A stretch of 64,000 bases of DNA. Source: Octopus sinensis. Its lineage: Eukaryota. Below the pieces are notes generated by a model. The model did not search any database, had not been told where the DNA came from, and saw only the letters and a program-made list of their open reading frames with translations. The stretch is taken from the NCBI RefSeq assembly GCF_006345805.1, contig NC_043011.1, positions 35,910,464 through 35,974,463 of the forward strand, read 5' to 3'. A program made the translations under genes and the position numbers. Below are positions 1 to 14,549 of the stretch, piece after piece (position 1 is the stretch's first letter; each line of letters begins with the position of its first letter).

Positions 1-54
1 GAGAGAACTGCAAAGAAGACCACTGCACAGCCTTCATATTTCTTTTGTTTTTTT

Positions 55-1354
<1,300 letters not shown>

Positions 1355-1909
1355 CATATATGAAATTGTTCCACTTTTGGGATGAGTCAGCGCTATAAAG
1401 TCCACGTCTCAAAACCATAGAGGAAGGTGGAAAAGGTTGGCTTGGTTTTTTTGTTTCCGAAGACACGCTGAAATAGTTTCCCCGTTCTCAACGTCTTTCT
1501 TGGAGTTATGTTGTCATATCACGTATATGCACACACAAACGCAGACCAGACAAAGTCATTCATCAATATGCATGGAATTGAGTAAAAAAACAAAGAAAAA
1601 GAAACGTTAAGAAAGCGAATCCCAAAACTCTTGCAACGAGCGTGATTATTTTACCACTGAAACAATGAAACTGAGAAAGTAACGTTGAGCAAAAACATAT
1701 AGAATACTGCAGCAGCAAGAACAATAACCATAACCACCATCTCTTCCACCAGATCTGTCTTGCTATTTTTGTTTCCGTCTGTTTCGCACGACAATTGGTC
1801 TTCTCAGAGATCAACACCACCAACATGAAAGAACCACACAATCAGAGGCGTATTAACATTCTCGGACACGAGAAACAGCAGAAAACGGAATGTATGTCTG
1901 TTGTTTATA

Positions 1910-1964
<55 letters not shown>

Positions 1965-2072
1965 TGACCGTTTTTTCTAAAGGGCCAATCAAACAAGTCC
2001 ATTTCTTTTTAAAGGTGTAGCGTTTGTAAGAGTATAGATTGAATTAATATATAAGTTCCATTCTAGCAAAAA

Positions 2073-2110
2073 CTGTCTGATGAACGGCAACGAGAAACTC
2101 AGAGTAACAG
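2073..2110 (+). ncRNA. Minimal type-I hammerhead ribozyme motif
   Basis: CTGT-CTGATGA-A-CG(GCAA)CG-A-GAAA-CTC(A)GAG-TA-ACAG: helix I CUGU/ACAG, intact core, palindromic helix III ACUC-A-GAGU, GUA cleavage triplet. Confidence 0.65.
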
Positions 2111-2212
2111 ATTTTGTTGAATTTTCTGCTGCTTAAAATAAAGCATATTACTCTACCACTGGTATTTGAGTACTCTTTTTTCCACCTTGTTTCACATTTA
2201 TGTGTTTACTCC

Positions 2213-2252
<40 letters not shown>

Positions 2253-2623
2253 TTACATTCGTACAGTTACACAGATATCCATACCCAGTCAAGAATGGAC
2301 AAACGTACAAACGAGATCGCACCTATTTATCTATACATACATCCACACACACACACACACACACACACACGGTATGTATGTGAATGCATTTATGTAAGCA
2401 TGTATGTATTCGTTATTATGTTTATGCATGGAAGTATTGTCTTTGCGCACGACATGGAAGAAATATATACACACTGTAAATTACGGCTTAATGCAATATA
2501 ATTCAATCTAATCACGATCAATGGAATCACTCAGATACAATAACATTCAGAAGAATACACATCCATTCAGCCACACATACAAACATATGTATACATATAT
2601 AATATACTTATATACATATATAC

Positions 2624-2691
<68 letters not shown>

Positions 2692-2787
2692 TATATATAT
2701 ATACACATACACACACACACCATATATATATATATATATATATATACAGATATACGTGTATGCACACAGCCATGGACACACGTATAC

Positions 2788-2833
<46 letters not shown>

Positions 2834-4009
2834 TATATACGTGCATATGTAGATATAGATGCACGCATACATGCATGAATATATACATTCATACACCCAT
2901 AAACACTAAATACAATGAACATACAAAGCGAGACATGGCACAGTCATAGATAGAATATACACGTTCAAAGCGATATCAATCAACAACATTTTATAAGTTC
3001 TTTTGATTTGTGGTTTCACAGATTGCAGCAGTTAAAAAACTTCTTTTTTTTTTAAATTTATTTATCGGAAATAATTAAATTAGTAGGAAATATATGTAGT
3101 CTCTTGTCTGGCAGCGATAGAACCCAATCGATTAGAGCCAAATTAGAATACACTGCTTTACCCAACAACAACAACAGCAACAACTTTTGTCTAAATCTGT
3201 TTTACACTATCGAATCTCACAATTAAATTTCACATTAACGTTGATACGATATTCTTGCAAGGAATTTTTAAGGCTTTCTGATCTCATTGTTTGCCAATCT
3301 CTTCAATGCATCAGCTTAAAGTTTTATTTCCTATAACTTTATTAGTGCTTTCTATCCGTCTATCTCGTTTCTATCAGGACACTCAATTATTTCCCCACTT
3401 TTATTTTTTTACGTTTTGTTTCCTGATATTATTTATGTTTTTTTCTTTTCTTGTTTTATTCTTTGTTTTAGTTCTAACCAAATGGTAACTTTATTCTCTT
3501 CTATTCTTCACAGGTTTCCTATTAAATTCCATCTATCTTTATCTCACTTTCTGTTTTCTACAAATTCAATAAAGTACTAATGCAAAATTCCGGTTTGCAA
3601 AAGTCTTTGATTCTTAGCCTGCAGGAATCGCCTTTCTATAACCGTTAAAACGCAAACTTAAAAGACTAAATTTAAATGCACGCATCATAATCACCATGGT
3701 TCAAATTTGTATACTACAGATATATTTTTAAAGATATCAATTTTCTCCTAGGTTATCATCTTTCAAATGTCAAGCCGTGTTATCTCTAAAGCTTTCATTT
3801 CAGAATAGATTCCTATGGACAACACTATGGAAACACCAAATACTTCGAAATCAACTATTAAATCCAATTTTCTTTCATCCTTTTTCCTCTGCTTCCTTTC
3901 TCTACTCATAATTGCAGCATGAAGATATATAAAGAATATAAAGTAACTAAATATTGATTAGTACCATGGACACAACGCTAGACATTTTAGGAGAGAGAAC
4001 AGTCACATA

Positions 4010-4245
4010 CAGGGTGGCCCAAAAGTTGGTTTACAGTTATCAAGTAGGAACTTTTCTTTTAAAACATTTTATTACATTTAAATTTCTATCGTACAAACGG
4101 AAAAGTGAGCTCGACAAAATTAACTAAATTATACATAGAATAATGGCTTCATACATTTTTTTTTTATAATTAAGATCTAAACTGTTGATATATGAATGTG
4201 AAAGAGATAGTTGAATAACTGTGAACCTACTTTTGGGCCACCCTG
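4010..4245. mobile_element. Tc1/mariner-type MITE (236 bp)
   Basis: TIRs CAGGGTGGCCCAAAAGTTGGTTTACAGTTAT / ATAACTGTGAACCTACTTTTGGGCCACCCTG, with TA on both flanks. Confidence 0.9.
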
Positions 4246-4684
4246 TATATCGACTTCAAAACTTACCCGGTATTTGTTTCAAAAAGCAGAAAGATAAAAG
4301 GCAAAACTGAACTCAGAGTGATTTGAATGCTGGAAAGAAAAGTCGCAAATGAATGCTATAATGCCCTCAAAATAACTAAACATTCTTTAACTGTTACTGC
4401 CTATATTTGTCTACTCTCGGTGAATACAGGCGGCTACTGTAGTGTTCATAAAAACCTACTACATCCAGGACTATACGTTAAAATCCTATTCATATCTCCT
4501 ATAATTCTTTCATTCCGAGGGGGTGGCTGCTAACAACCCCGCCGAAACCGCAAACACGGTCTGCGTTCAACGTTTTATCTCTTTTAACAAGAAAATAGAT
4601 ATAACAAACAATGACAAAAAAACTTTCTAGCAATCCCTGCAGATTGTTTGAAGAATACGGTGATGAAGATAATAAATGCTGGTG

Positions 4685-4909
4685 AGGAAGAGGAGGGGAA
4701 GAGGGGGAGAAAGAGGAAGAGAAGGAAGAAGAAGAAGAAGAAAGGAGGAGGAGGAGAGGAAGGGAGAAGAAGAAGAAGAAGAAATGAAGAAGAAGAAGAA
4801 GAAGAGAAGAAAGAAGAAGAAGAAGAAGAAGAAGAAGAAGAAGAAGAAGAAGAAGAAGAAGAAGAAGAAGAAGAAGAAGAAGAAGAAGAAGAAGAAGAAG
4901 AAGAAGAAG
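4685..4909. repeat. (GAA)n / purine-rich microsatellite
   Basis: Direct reading; explains the poly-E, poly-K and poly-F ORFs. Confidence 0.97.
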
Positions 4910-5251
4910 GATAATTTTGGTGATAACAATGCCTTAAATCTTTATTAAATCTAAAAATTCAATTTCTACACGAAGTGAATTATTTGATGCGATAATTTTT
5001 CAAAAGTGATTTCTTTCTTTTCTCACGAGGCCACCGTGCTTCAAATAATAATGGAATGAAAAAATGAACTTCGTCTTATATGAAAGAAATCTTCAAAAGT
5101 AGGATGAGTCTGCGGATGGTCCAGTGAGACGTAAGACTGAAAACTTAAGATGCGATATGACTGCAAGAAAAAAACGTTTTTTTTTGCTCATCGAGGTTTA
5201 GTAAAGCGCTGCAGTCGTAGTCGTTATCATTAAAGCTATTGTTGTTTTAAA

Positions 5252-5710
5252 GGCGGCGAGCTAACAGTATCGTTATCGCGCCAGGTAAAAATACTTAGCG
5301 GTATTTAGTCCGTCTTTACGATCCGAGTTCAAATTCTGGCGAGATCTGCTTTAACTTTCATCCCTTTCGGGGTCGATAAAATAAGTAGCAGTTGAGCAAT
5401 GGGATCGATGAAATCGACTAGTCCCCTCCACATAAATTTCAGATCTTGTGCCTTTAATAGAAAGGGTTATTATAATTATTGCTCTTTATAAAGGCAGTGA
5501 GCTGGCAGAATCGTTACTGCGCCAGGTAAAACGCTTAGCGCCATTTCGTCCATCTTTACGTTCTGTTTCAAATTCCGCCACGGTCAACTTTGCTTTTCAA
5601 CCTTTCGGGGTCGATAAAATCAGTACCATTTGAGCACTAGGATCGATAAAATTGATTTAGCCCCCAACACCCCGAAATTACTGGCTTTGTGACAAAATTC
5701 GGAAACATTA
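5252..5710 (+). mobile_element. Two tandem tRNA-derived SINEs, family A (Octopus OK-like by recollection)
   Basis: GGCGGCGAGCT(G)GCAGAA..GAGTTCAAATTC..CTTTCATCCTTTCGGGGTCGATAAAATAAGTAC motif starting at 5252 and 5493. Confidence 0.85.
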
Positions 5711-6041
5711 TTATTGTTGTTTATAGATCCAAATCAAACATGATCAAACCGACCGATGATTTAAGGTAAATTGGTCGTCATTGCCGTGTCTCTTCTTCTC
5801 AAGCGCATCAAACCATCTTACATTAAAAAAAAAAAACTCTGGAGAAGGATTTAAGACTGCAGAGATCGTTCAAAACACTATATTAATTAAGACGATATGT
5901 ATTTAAATCATACTAAAGGATGAAAAAATATTCCGTTCTTTTGCTTTGAACTGTCAATTAAAAGGTTACGTTTTCAAGTATTTAGTATTCGCTCTTCTTG
6001 TGTATTACATTAACAGTCATTACCCCGCCTCACACACACAC

Positions 6042-6080
<39 letters not shown>

Positions 6081-6696
6081 CGCACACACACACACAGATA
6101 CACACACACACAGATATATATGGAAAATGAAAGACGGAAGATGGAATATGCGAGAATTTATTATTAAATACGACAATTGTTTCAACACATCTAGCATCGA
6201 TTCCTTATTGGTGGGGCACTCAACAACTGGTTCAGAAGCATTCGGCGGTGCAGATGTATCTTGTCAGGTGATAAATAGATACAACTCGCTAAAATGACTG
6301 TTCCGCAAGGTAACTTTCCGTTTTGCAGAAAGAAAAGCAGTCAAATACATAACGATCACTGTGAAAGTGCCCGAGCTTGACCAGTAAACTATCATGTGTA
6401 AACCGTTCGTTTTATATATATGCTAGGCTACTGGTTTTAAATTGACTTTAATTAAATTAATTAAATTGATATTCAATTTATCTCCCCATTATTAAAATTT
6501 TAAAATCATTATGTTCTCTAATTGGCAACATTAACTGCAGTAAATTATCTACTACAGAACTGTTTCCGGAATTTAGCGCGCCAGAACTTTGACATTTGAA
6601 AGTAACCCCAATGTAATCGGTAGAACTAAGCAATGTCTATTTTTATATGGACAACTTGTGTTTGTTTAGTTTTTCAAATTATATTGATTTTGGAAC

Positions 6697-6772
6697 GATC
6701 GTACTGACGAGTCTGCGGACGAAGGGTTACGTAAGTAATTTATTCGGTAATAGACGAAATCGGTATACGATT
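6697..6772 (+). ncRNA. Type-I hammerhead ribozyme motif, best-formed in window
   Basis: GATCGTA-CTGACGA-GTCT...AGAC-GAAA-TCGG-TA-TACGATT: 7-bp helix I, G10.1-C11.1 helix II extended by CGAA/TTCG and TTAC/GTAA, near-palindromic helix III AUCGGU, GUA triplet. Confidence 0.75.
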
Positions 6773-7172
6773 AATTCTTGAATTTTATATAATTTTCATC
6801 TGTCTTGCCCGCGTATGTTCTGGTGTTCGCTGAATTTTCTCTGGAGAACATTTTTTCTTTGTAGTTAGATCGTATTTGATCTTCTTCTGGCGTATTGGTT
6901 ATCCACCTAGTGGTTTATCCCTAGATATACACATGTATGTATATAGGTGTTAAATTAATGGTATTATTAAATTAATATCAATTTTTCACCCTCATTTATA
7001 AATTTATAAATTTAATTATGCGGCAGTAAATATTTTATTTGATGCAGCATACGTTTCCAATGAGTCTTAGCATGCTTTTCGCGGGGAATTTGAGGCATAA
7101 CTAAAAATGCAATTGGTTAAACCGCACGTGTATTTGACGCTCGTGTTGGTCTAATAAATTGTATTTAAGACA

Positions 7173-7250
7173 AACCTCTTCTGATGATTTATAGATGTCT
7201 ATGTAAGTAAAATTGCATTTACATTAGTAATGAAACAATTGTTCAGGGTC
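7173..7250 (+). ncRNA. Type-I hammerhead motif, partly degenerate
   Basis: CTGATGA (7181)...GAAAC-AATT-GTT (7232-7243); palindromic helix III ACAAUUGU; helix I weak with a mismatched closing pair. Confidence 0.5.
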
Positions 7251-7498
7251 AATCTATTTATTCGTTATATTTCACTTTCCTTCCGTTAAATGTAATGTTA
7301 TTTCTAGTTGGAAACATCGTTTCTGTGGCTATACTATCGGAGCTAATTTTAGCACTAGAGCTATCCACATAGTGGTAAATCTCTAATAATTTATATATAA
7401 ATTTGTATTTTCTCCCTAGTTTTTTTGTGCTAAGCCACTAGGTGTTAAGTTAATGGTACTATTAAATTAATATCAATTTTTCACCCTCATTTATAAAT

Positions 7499-7562
<64 letters not shown>

Positions 7563-7988
7563 TGTGTGTGTGTGTATGATGTGCAGTTACATATAAAAGC
7601 AAACAGTAAACTGAAGGATCACTGAAGATATGTCAGTAGAATAAAATTGTTATATAATTTGAAAAAGGAAACGGTTGACACTTGCTTCGAAGTTTCCACC
7701 CCGCAACCTTCATTGGATTCCTCGATGAAAGTGATGCAGCCGAATCTTCAAAGTAACTCTGAACCTTTATTTTTCCCTTATGAAAATTGTGGGTTTACCT
7801 AATCACGGTTCTTTCATTGTCTTTGTAGTATTTTCTCTGTACACACACACATATATATATATATATACATATACACATATATATATAGATATACATATAT
7901 TCATATACACACACATATATATACATATATATATATATGTATACATACCTATACATACATACATATCTATCTATCTACATATATATAT

Positions 7989-8048
<60 letters not shown>

Positions 8049-9251
8049 CATTCTCTCTGTGTTTATTTCCTCATTCCTTTCCGTTGAGGACCGTAAGCTT
8101 GAATCATGAAAGACTTTTTCATTTATTCCCGAGAATCAAATTAATACACTTGCTTGCTGTTCCTACACCTGTCTTTGTCTTTTGGTTTTCTGTAAATTTC
8201 AACCACACACACACACACACACACTCACATGCCTACATTAATATTTTCATATTGTCGCATACATGTGTGTGGTGTGTGTGTTTGTGGATTGGATGACGCG
8301 AAACTTCGAGTATAACTTACACGGGATTAGGTGATCATGCAAAATAAGGGAATATGTCTATGAATGTTTTCGCTGTCCACTATAGAATGTGAATCTGTTC
8401 AAACATAGACTAAAGACAAATACCATTGGTATTTTAAAGGCTTGGTCTAGAAACTGATATTTATTATTGTTTAGTCACAGGTGGGTCCGGATCGAGCCGA
8501 CGAATGGTATATTCCAGTTGTGAGAAGGTATTCTTCATAATGAACTTAGAATCGCATTGTCCAATGTTCTTCTATTTTGTTTAGACACTTGTGTGTGATT
8601 TAAGGGAGATTTGGGTGCTATTTCTAACAAATCGAACGACTGGATAAAGACTACCGCGTGGTATCCTCACATTTTTGTAATTGTTCTTGTTGTCCAATTT
8701 TGATCCACATACTCAAATGCATTCCAGCCGTGCCTATCACGTCATTTTCAGTGATAGTATACCCAGTAATACTACGGCTATTACGACATTATATATATAT
8801 ATTTTAAGACCGTACATTGTGGTCTTTCAAGCAGATTTGTCTACTATTTATAGTAGATCAAGTAAGCGCATCGAAGCTGTTACGCCGATACGTAGTAAAG
8901 CTCTGTGTTTGAAAATAAATTATTTTGTCCTAATGGAGTAACATTGAAGTAAAGAGCTTGAAAGATGCTATCTACAGTAAATTTCTAGATTTGTTACAAG
9001 TAGCTTAAATACACCTTCAAAAATAAATAAATAAATAAATAAATAAGTTAGTCACATTTACTATTGGATTAATTGGGTGCATAGCCTTGAAAATTGCTTA
9101 CTTTCAACTTCAGAGAAACGGAATATCATTGGTAAATTAAGTTGATAAATTAAGTCTCTTTAAAAGCTTTAGCAGTGAGAAACGATATGTCATAGAATAT
9201 AGAAATTCTAAATAAAGAAAAATATATAGAACACACACACATAATATATAT

Positions 9252-9323
<72 letters not shown>

Positions 9324-9545
9324 CTAAAGAAGTAAAATATTGGCAAACAAAACTAAATGTCTTTCGTTTACGAGAGTTTGTTTGTACAGTTATAATTTCC
9401 CTGTCGACTTAAATAAATCTAATAATAAAGGTAAGATAACACTTTAAATTCATTTGAAATGCACGGTCTGGCGTGTTTTTCTATCGATTCACTGTCGTAG
9501 AGTATCTTATACAAATACACTTCCTATTTTTTTTTTCCGAATTTT

Positions 9546-9583
<38 letters not shown>

Positions 9584-10220
9584 TAAAAAATTATTTGTTA
9601 ATCACAAACAAAGTTTATTAACGATTGGTTTCTAACTAAATAACGTTTAAGAAAAATACAGAAGAGTTTTAAAAAGTAAAACAAAAACAGCTCTCAAAAC
9701 ACACATATATGAGTGTGTGTGTTTCCAATACAGTATCTTTTTTTCTCTCTCACTCTTTTTTAATTTATCGAAATTTCTTGTTGATTCCGTTATTCTGTTT
9801 ACGAGTTTGAGTACATTATATATTAAGATAGCTGAAATATCATATACAGTCTGTGAACTGGATATCCTCCTTATTATCAACTTTGCTGAACGTTTTTTTA
9901 ATTCATTCATTTATTTACTTAATTTTGTATTTATATATAAGCTTGTATAATGAGAATGGACTATATCCGTAACCTACATAAAACTTTACCAGATTGGCGA
10001 CCATCAGCAGAAAAAGCGTGGATGCAGAGGGAACTGTAATCTACACAGAAATCTTGCAACAGAATGAAGTATGCTAAATACATCTGAAGACTAGTTTAGT
10101 GACAGTTAGCTGAACCGCACATTATATATCTCTCCCGCTATATATACATACATACATGCATACGTACATACATACATACATACATACATACATACATACA
10201 TACATACATACATACGATGA

Positions 10221-10539
10221 GACCCCCTTCGGTCATGAATGACCGTGGGATCGCACCTAGAAAGTTATGCTCCCAGGCACAAGAGAAGACCAGCAGTCGC
10301 CCATGCATACCAGCCTCCTCTCTCCACGCCACCAGTGTTGTCCAAGGAAAAGGCAAAGGCACCGATACAGCTTGGCACCTGTGACGTCGCAACTCATTTC
10401 TACAGCTGAGTGAACTGGAGCAACATGAAATGAGAAGTATCTTGCTCAATAACACAACACGCAGCCTTGTCCGGGATTCGAACTCACAACCTCACTATCG
10501 TAAGCACGATGCTCTAACAACTGAGCCATGCGCCTTCAC
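10221..10539 (-). mobile_element. tRNA-derived SINE, family C
   Basis: Minus-strand head GTGAAGGCGCATGGCTCAGT(T)GTTAGAGC..GAGTTCGAATCCC, CORE-like TTGAGCAAGA(T)ACTT..GTTGCTCCAGTTCACTCAGCTG, tail ending GAAGGGGGTC. Confidence 0.85.
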
Positions 10540-10660
10540 TAACATAAATACATACAATCATACATACATTCATACATACATACATACATACATACATACA
10601 TGCATACATACATACATACATACATACATACATACATACATACATACAATTACATGCATA

Positions 10661-10850
10661 CGGGGGTGTGCTGAAAAGTTCCTGGCCCTGCGTAAAACAA
10701 AACGCAAGAGGATCAGTTAATTATGAATGACACACTTATTGCAGTGATCCTTCAGTTTTCCTAAGCTCTGTAAAAGAACTCGGAAGTTTAGGCCTCCAAC
10801 TAGACCTTTTGCGACACCCTTAAAACCAGGAATTTTTCAGAACTCTCTCA
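10661..10850. mobile_element. Mariner-derived MITE
   Basis: TA-flanked TIRs CGGGGGTGTGCTGAAAAGTTCCTGG / CCAGGAATTTTTCAGAACTCTCTCA; related to 34088-34304 in the opposite orientation. Confidence 0.75.
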
Positions 10851-11064
10851 TACACATCCACATAGGCCTATACAATAACAGGCACGGCTTCTTAGGAGAA
10901 AGACATCTATAAACTAAGCCTTTCAAATGAAATCTCTCTTTCAGCCTATACAAGTAATAGCAACCGATTTTTGTGTATGTTTGTCAAACTCCATAGCCAA
11001 AGCTACAGAAACGCTAGTTTTATTCCAATAAATACCTAAAATTATCCACCTTTTACTGCAATAG

Positions 11065-11424
11065 ACGTGGCACTCCGTCGGTTACGGCGATGAGGGTTCC
11101 AGTTGATCGTGAAATTAACGTGCAAGTGGCTGAGCAATCCACAGACACTTGTACACTTAACGTAGTCCTCGGGGAGATTCAGCGTGACACAGAGTGTGAC
11201 AAGGCTGGTCCCTTTGAAATACAAGCACAACAGAAACAGGAAGAAAGAGTGAGAGAAAGTTGTGGTGAAAGAATACAGCAGGGTTCGGCCCCCACTGCCG
11301 GAGCCTCGTGAAGCTTTATGTGTTTTCGCTCAATAAACACTCACAATGCCCGGTCTAGGAATCGGAACCGCGATCCTATGACCGCGAGTCCGCTGCCCTA
11401 ACCACTGGGCCATTGTACCTCCAC
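11065..11424 (-). mobile_element. tRNA-derived SINE, family D, with 11-bp target-site duplication
   Basis: Head GGAGGTACAATGGCCCAGTGGTTAGGGCAGCGGAC; TSD TACTGCAATAG at 11054-11064 and 11425-11435. Confidence 0.9.
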
Positions 11425-11471
11425 TACTGCAATAGTAATTGATAAATGGAAAAAAAATAGTCAGCAATATA

Positions 11472-11705
11472 CAGCAATCTCTCGACTACCGCGGGTGTTA
11501 CGTTCAAAAACCCACGCAATAGGTGAAAATCCGCGAAATAGAAACAGTACAGTACTGTATATTTTAAAAATTATTTTTATAATATTTATATATTTGTTTA
11601 TTATAAATGCAAAACAACATCACGGATGAATCGACGTAGGCTTAAATAATAAACCGTGATACGTGAACCGCTATATGTGAACGGCAATATGGCGAGGGAT
11701 TACTG
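11472..11705. mobile_element. Tigger/pogo-type MITE
   Basis: TIRs CAGCAATCTCTCGACTACCGCGG / revcomp CAGTAATCCCTCGCCATATTGCCG, TA on the left flank. Confidence 0.7.
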
Positions 11706-11981
11706 CACACTTCGTGCAAATAAGACCAATTGTTTTACTTACGATACAATATATAAGTAGCAAAGTTATAGGATTTGTAAATTTCTCTGCAAACGGTTGT
11801 ATGATTCTGATAATGAAAGTAACGAGGTTCAATGCTGGTCAAGTCAGCGTTATTTTCTCTCTACGGAACCAATAACAATAGATGTCTGTTCACATTTATT
11901 CAAGTCTCAATGTGAAGGTTTTAAAATTTTAGGTTTAATTTCATACACATTATAAATACACACGCACACAGACACATACAC

Positions 11982-12040
<59 letters not shown>

Positions 12041-12326
12041 ATCCACCAGAATGGACGAAAGCGCTATATATATATGATATATGATGTATGATATAGGTTA
12101 TATGATATATAAAAACATGTAATATACAAATAAATATCTGTAAATATAAAACCATCTGAATTTCTGAGTACCTCATTTCTTCTAATATAAAATACCTGTA
12201 CATCATCACCAAACTTTCTAATATATGTATATATATATATATATACATACATACATACATAGTTCAGTAAAATTTAGATTCAGCTGAATATGGTACTTAA
12301 GTTAAAGGCACCGGAATTTAGTATAC

Positions 12327-12709
12327 TACTAGCTGTATCGCCCGGCGTTGCTCGGGTTTGTAAGGGAAATAACTATAAAGCATTTTTAGAGAGTTATAGC
12401 CAAAAAATAGCAAAAAAATGGGAAAAAATTATGGTAATTTTTTTTAGAGTTAAAAAGGTCGAGTTGCGTCCCCTAGACAGTCTGTGGTTTGTGTTTCTGA
12501 TTCTCGACCCCATGTCGAATTTATCGATTTTTTTCAGAACTGGGGAACTTTTCAAAATTTTCGCTGCCATAGTTTTGAATTATGACATTGGGCTATGTGT
12601 GTGTCAAGTTTCATCAGAATCGGTTGAAAGCCGTGGTCAGGGTGAGGGTACAACCTAACAGACACACAGATACGCAGACAGACAAACTGCCGTTTATATA
12701 GAGAGAGAT
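12327..12709 (+). mobile_element. Non-autonomous Helitron/Helentron-like element
   Basis: 5' TACTAGCTG with subterminal hairpin CCCGG-CGTTG-CTCGGG, internal AAGTTTCATCAGAATCGG, 3' (ACAG)n then CGTTTATATAGAGAGAGAT; the layout resembles Lep1/DINE-like elements. Confidence 0.6.
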
Positions 12710-13728
12710 TATCCATATAATTCAAAATGGGGTGATTACAATCAAAATAAGCAACAAGGATATCCAGAGGTAATGCATTACGATCGTCTCATTTAATTGA
12801 ACAATGCAAATAGTACATCAGTTTTAAAATGTATAGCAATCTTCAGCTGCATAAAAATATAGATTTTAGTTAAATTCAAAAGATTCATTTGTATAGTTAT
12901 TTTATTAACCAAAATCACAAAGAGGATAAGTAGATACACAAATAACATGTTTCATCAACAACATCATAGTCGTAACTGATATTTTTTCACAGGAAAACAC
13001 TGCTTATCATTGATTTTATTATTCAGATTTACTACTAGGTGGGGGAGGGTTAGTTCTAATTTATAGACTAGTTTATCACGTCTAATAGAAACTAGAATCT
13101 ATCTTTTATGGATAGAGTAAAAAGATAGTTGAAGTGGCAGAGTCATAAATCAAGATTTCTTTGAAGTAAAAACCATTTGGTTCAGTAAGAATATATTTCA
13201 GCCAAATTTGCAGGCTAAAGCTGAAGGGGTAGGGAGAGTAAAACTTATAATACTTAACTATTTGACAACCATAAACTCAGTGTTAATTTGAAATACATAG
13301 GTATATTTTAGAGAGTTTTTTTCCCCACACAAAAAAATCAGAATAATTTCTGTATTTTACATAATATAGGGATGGAGAATATCGAAATGATTCCATATTT
13401 ATATAACTTCAATACTAACTTAACATATATTTATAGTTAATTAGTAAATAGTAATTTTTGGTATTAATAAGTTAAATTAAAGGAATATATTAAAAATTTA
13501 TATATTTTCTAGATGCTAATAATCTTAGAACATATTTCTTGTATTATAAAATAAATAGTGAAATATATCAGTATGGTTCTGTATAGGTTGAGTATGAAAT
13601 TTATAGAAATATATTATAAATAAAAAGATATAGCGAGTAAATAAGTAAAAAAAAGTGGTTCAAAATAAAAATAAAGAAATTTAAATGTATATAATGAAAA
13701 ATAAATATAAATTCCTGTAGAATATTAT

Positions 13729-14056
13729 AGACAGGAGTGATGTGGGGTAAGTATCTTGCGGTAAGTAGGTTCCGGGTTCGGTCTCGCTGCATAGCATCTT
13801 GGGCAAGTGTCTACTACTATAACCAGGGCTTTGTGGGTGAATTTGGTGAACGAAGGCAGAAGGAGACCCTTCGTCCCTGCGCGTGTGTGTGTCCCCCCGT
13901 GTTGGTGTGTTTACATCCCCGTAGCCTAGCAGTTCGACAAGGTTGACCGATAGAATAGGTGCTAGGCTTACAAAGAATAGATCCTGGAGTCGATTTGTTC
14001 GACTAAAGGTGGTGCTCCTGTATGGCCGCAGTCAAATGACTGAAACAAATAAAAAG
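13729..14056 (+). mobile_element. tRNA-derived SINE, family B (OR-like), decayed
   Basis: CAGGAGTG..TGGGCAAGTGTCT core and tail GGCCGCAGTCAAATGACTGAAACAA. Confidence 0.8.
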
Positions 14057-14077
14057 ATATATATATATATATATATA

Positions 14078-14308
14078 TTTGGCCAGAAGTCAGCCGACAG
14101 TAAATCAAAATTCCATAAATACTTCAATATTCAATTTTATTTATTCATTACAATTATGAATGTTTAATAATTGAATGGTGTGATTTAAAATAACCGTTTT
14201 TTTCAACATTTGTCCTTCATAAACGAAGTCTTATATAAAGTAATTTATCGTTTTACTCTTGGAATTAAACGGGCTTTGATTTACTGTCAGGTGACATTTG
14301 GCCAAACC
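14078..14308. mobile_element. MITE with 32-bp TIRs inside (TA)n
   Basis: TTTGGCCAGAAGTCAGCCGACAGTAAATCAAA vs revcomp TTTGGCCAAATGTCACCTGACAGTAAATCAAA. Confidence 0.75.
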
Positions 14309-14310
14309 TA

Positions 14311-14341
<31 letters not shown>

Positions 14342-14433
14342 GGAAGGTTTACGAAAATAAACAAAAGACGAAGGCAAGTGGAGTACAAACAAATAATGTA
14401 TTAGTATGGCGCTCAGGAAAAAAATAAAACAAG

Positions 14434-14471
14434 TCTTTTACGTTTCGAGCCTTCGCTCTTCGACAGAAAGA
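14434..14471 (-). ncRNA. Minimal type-I hammerhead motif with A6U core substitution, in a Penelope-like terminal fragment (14340-14535)
   Basis: Revcomp TCTTT-CTGTCGA-A-GAGC(GAAG)GCTC-GAAACGTA-AAAGA: perfect 5-bp helix I, 4-bp helix II, ACGU helix III palindrome. Confidence 0.55.
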
Positions 14472-14549
14472 TACACAGAAAAGAAACAAGGAGAGAAACA
14501 AGGAGAAAAAATTGCGTGTAGGGGCTAACGATCCAATATATATATATAT

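Noticed and set aside
4627-4948. Poly-E, poly-K and poly-F ORFs
   Set aside because: Frames of a (GAA)n tract
12715-13720. Very AT-rich segment suspected of being a mitochondrial insertion or an L1-like remnant
   Set aside because: Only short look-alikes (LPTPSAL, LLLGGGGL, QGYP) without consistent frame or spacing; not supportable without a search
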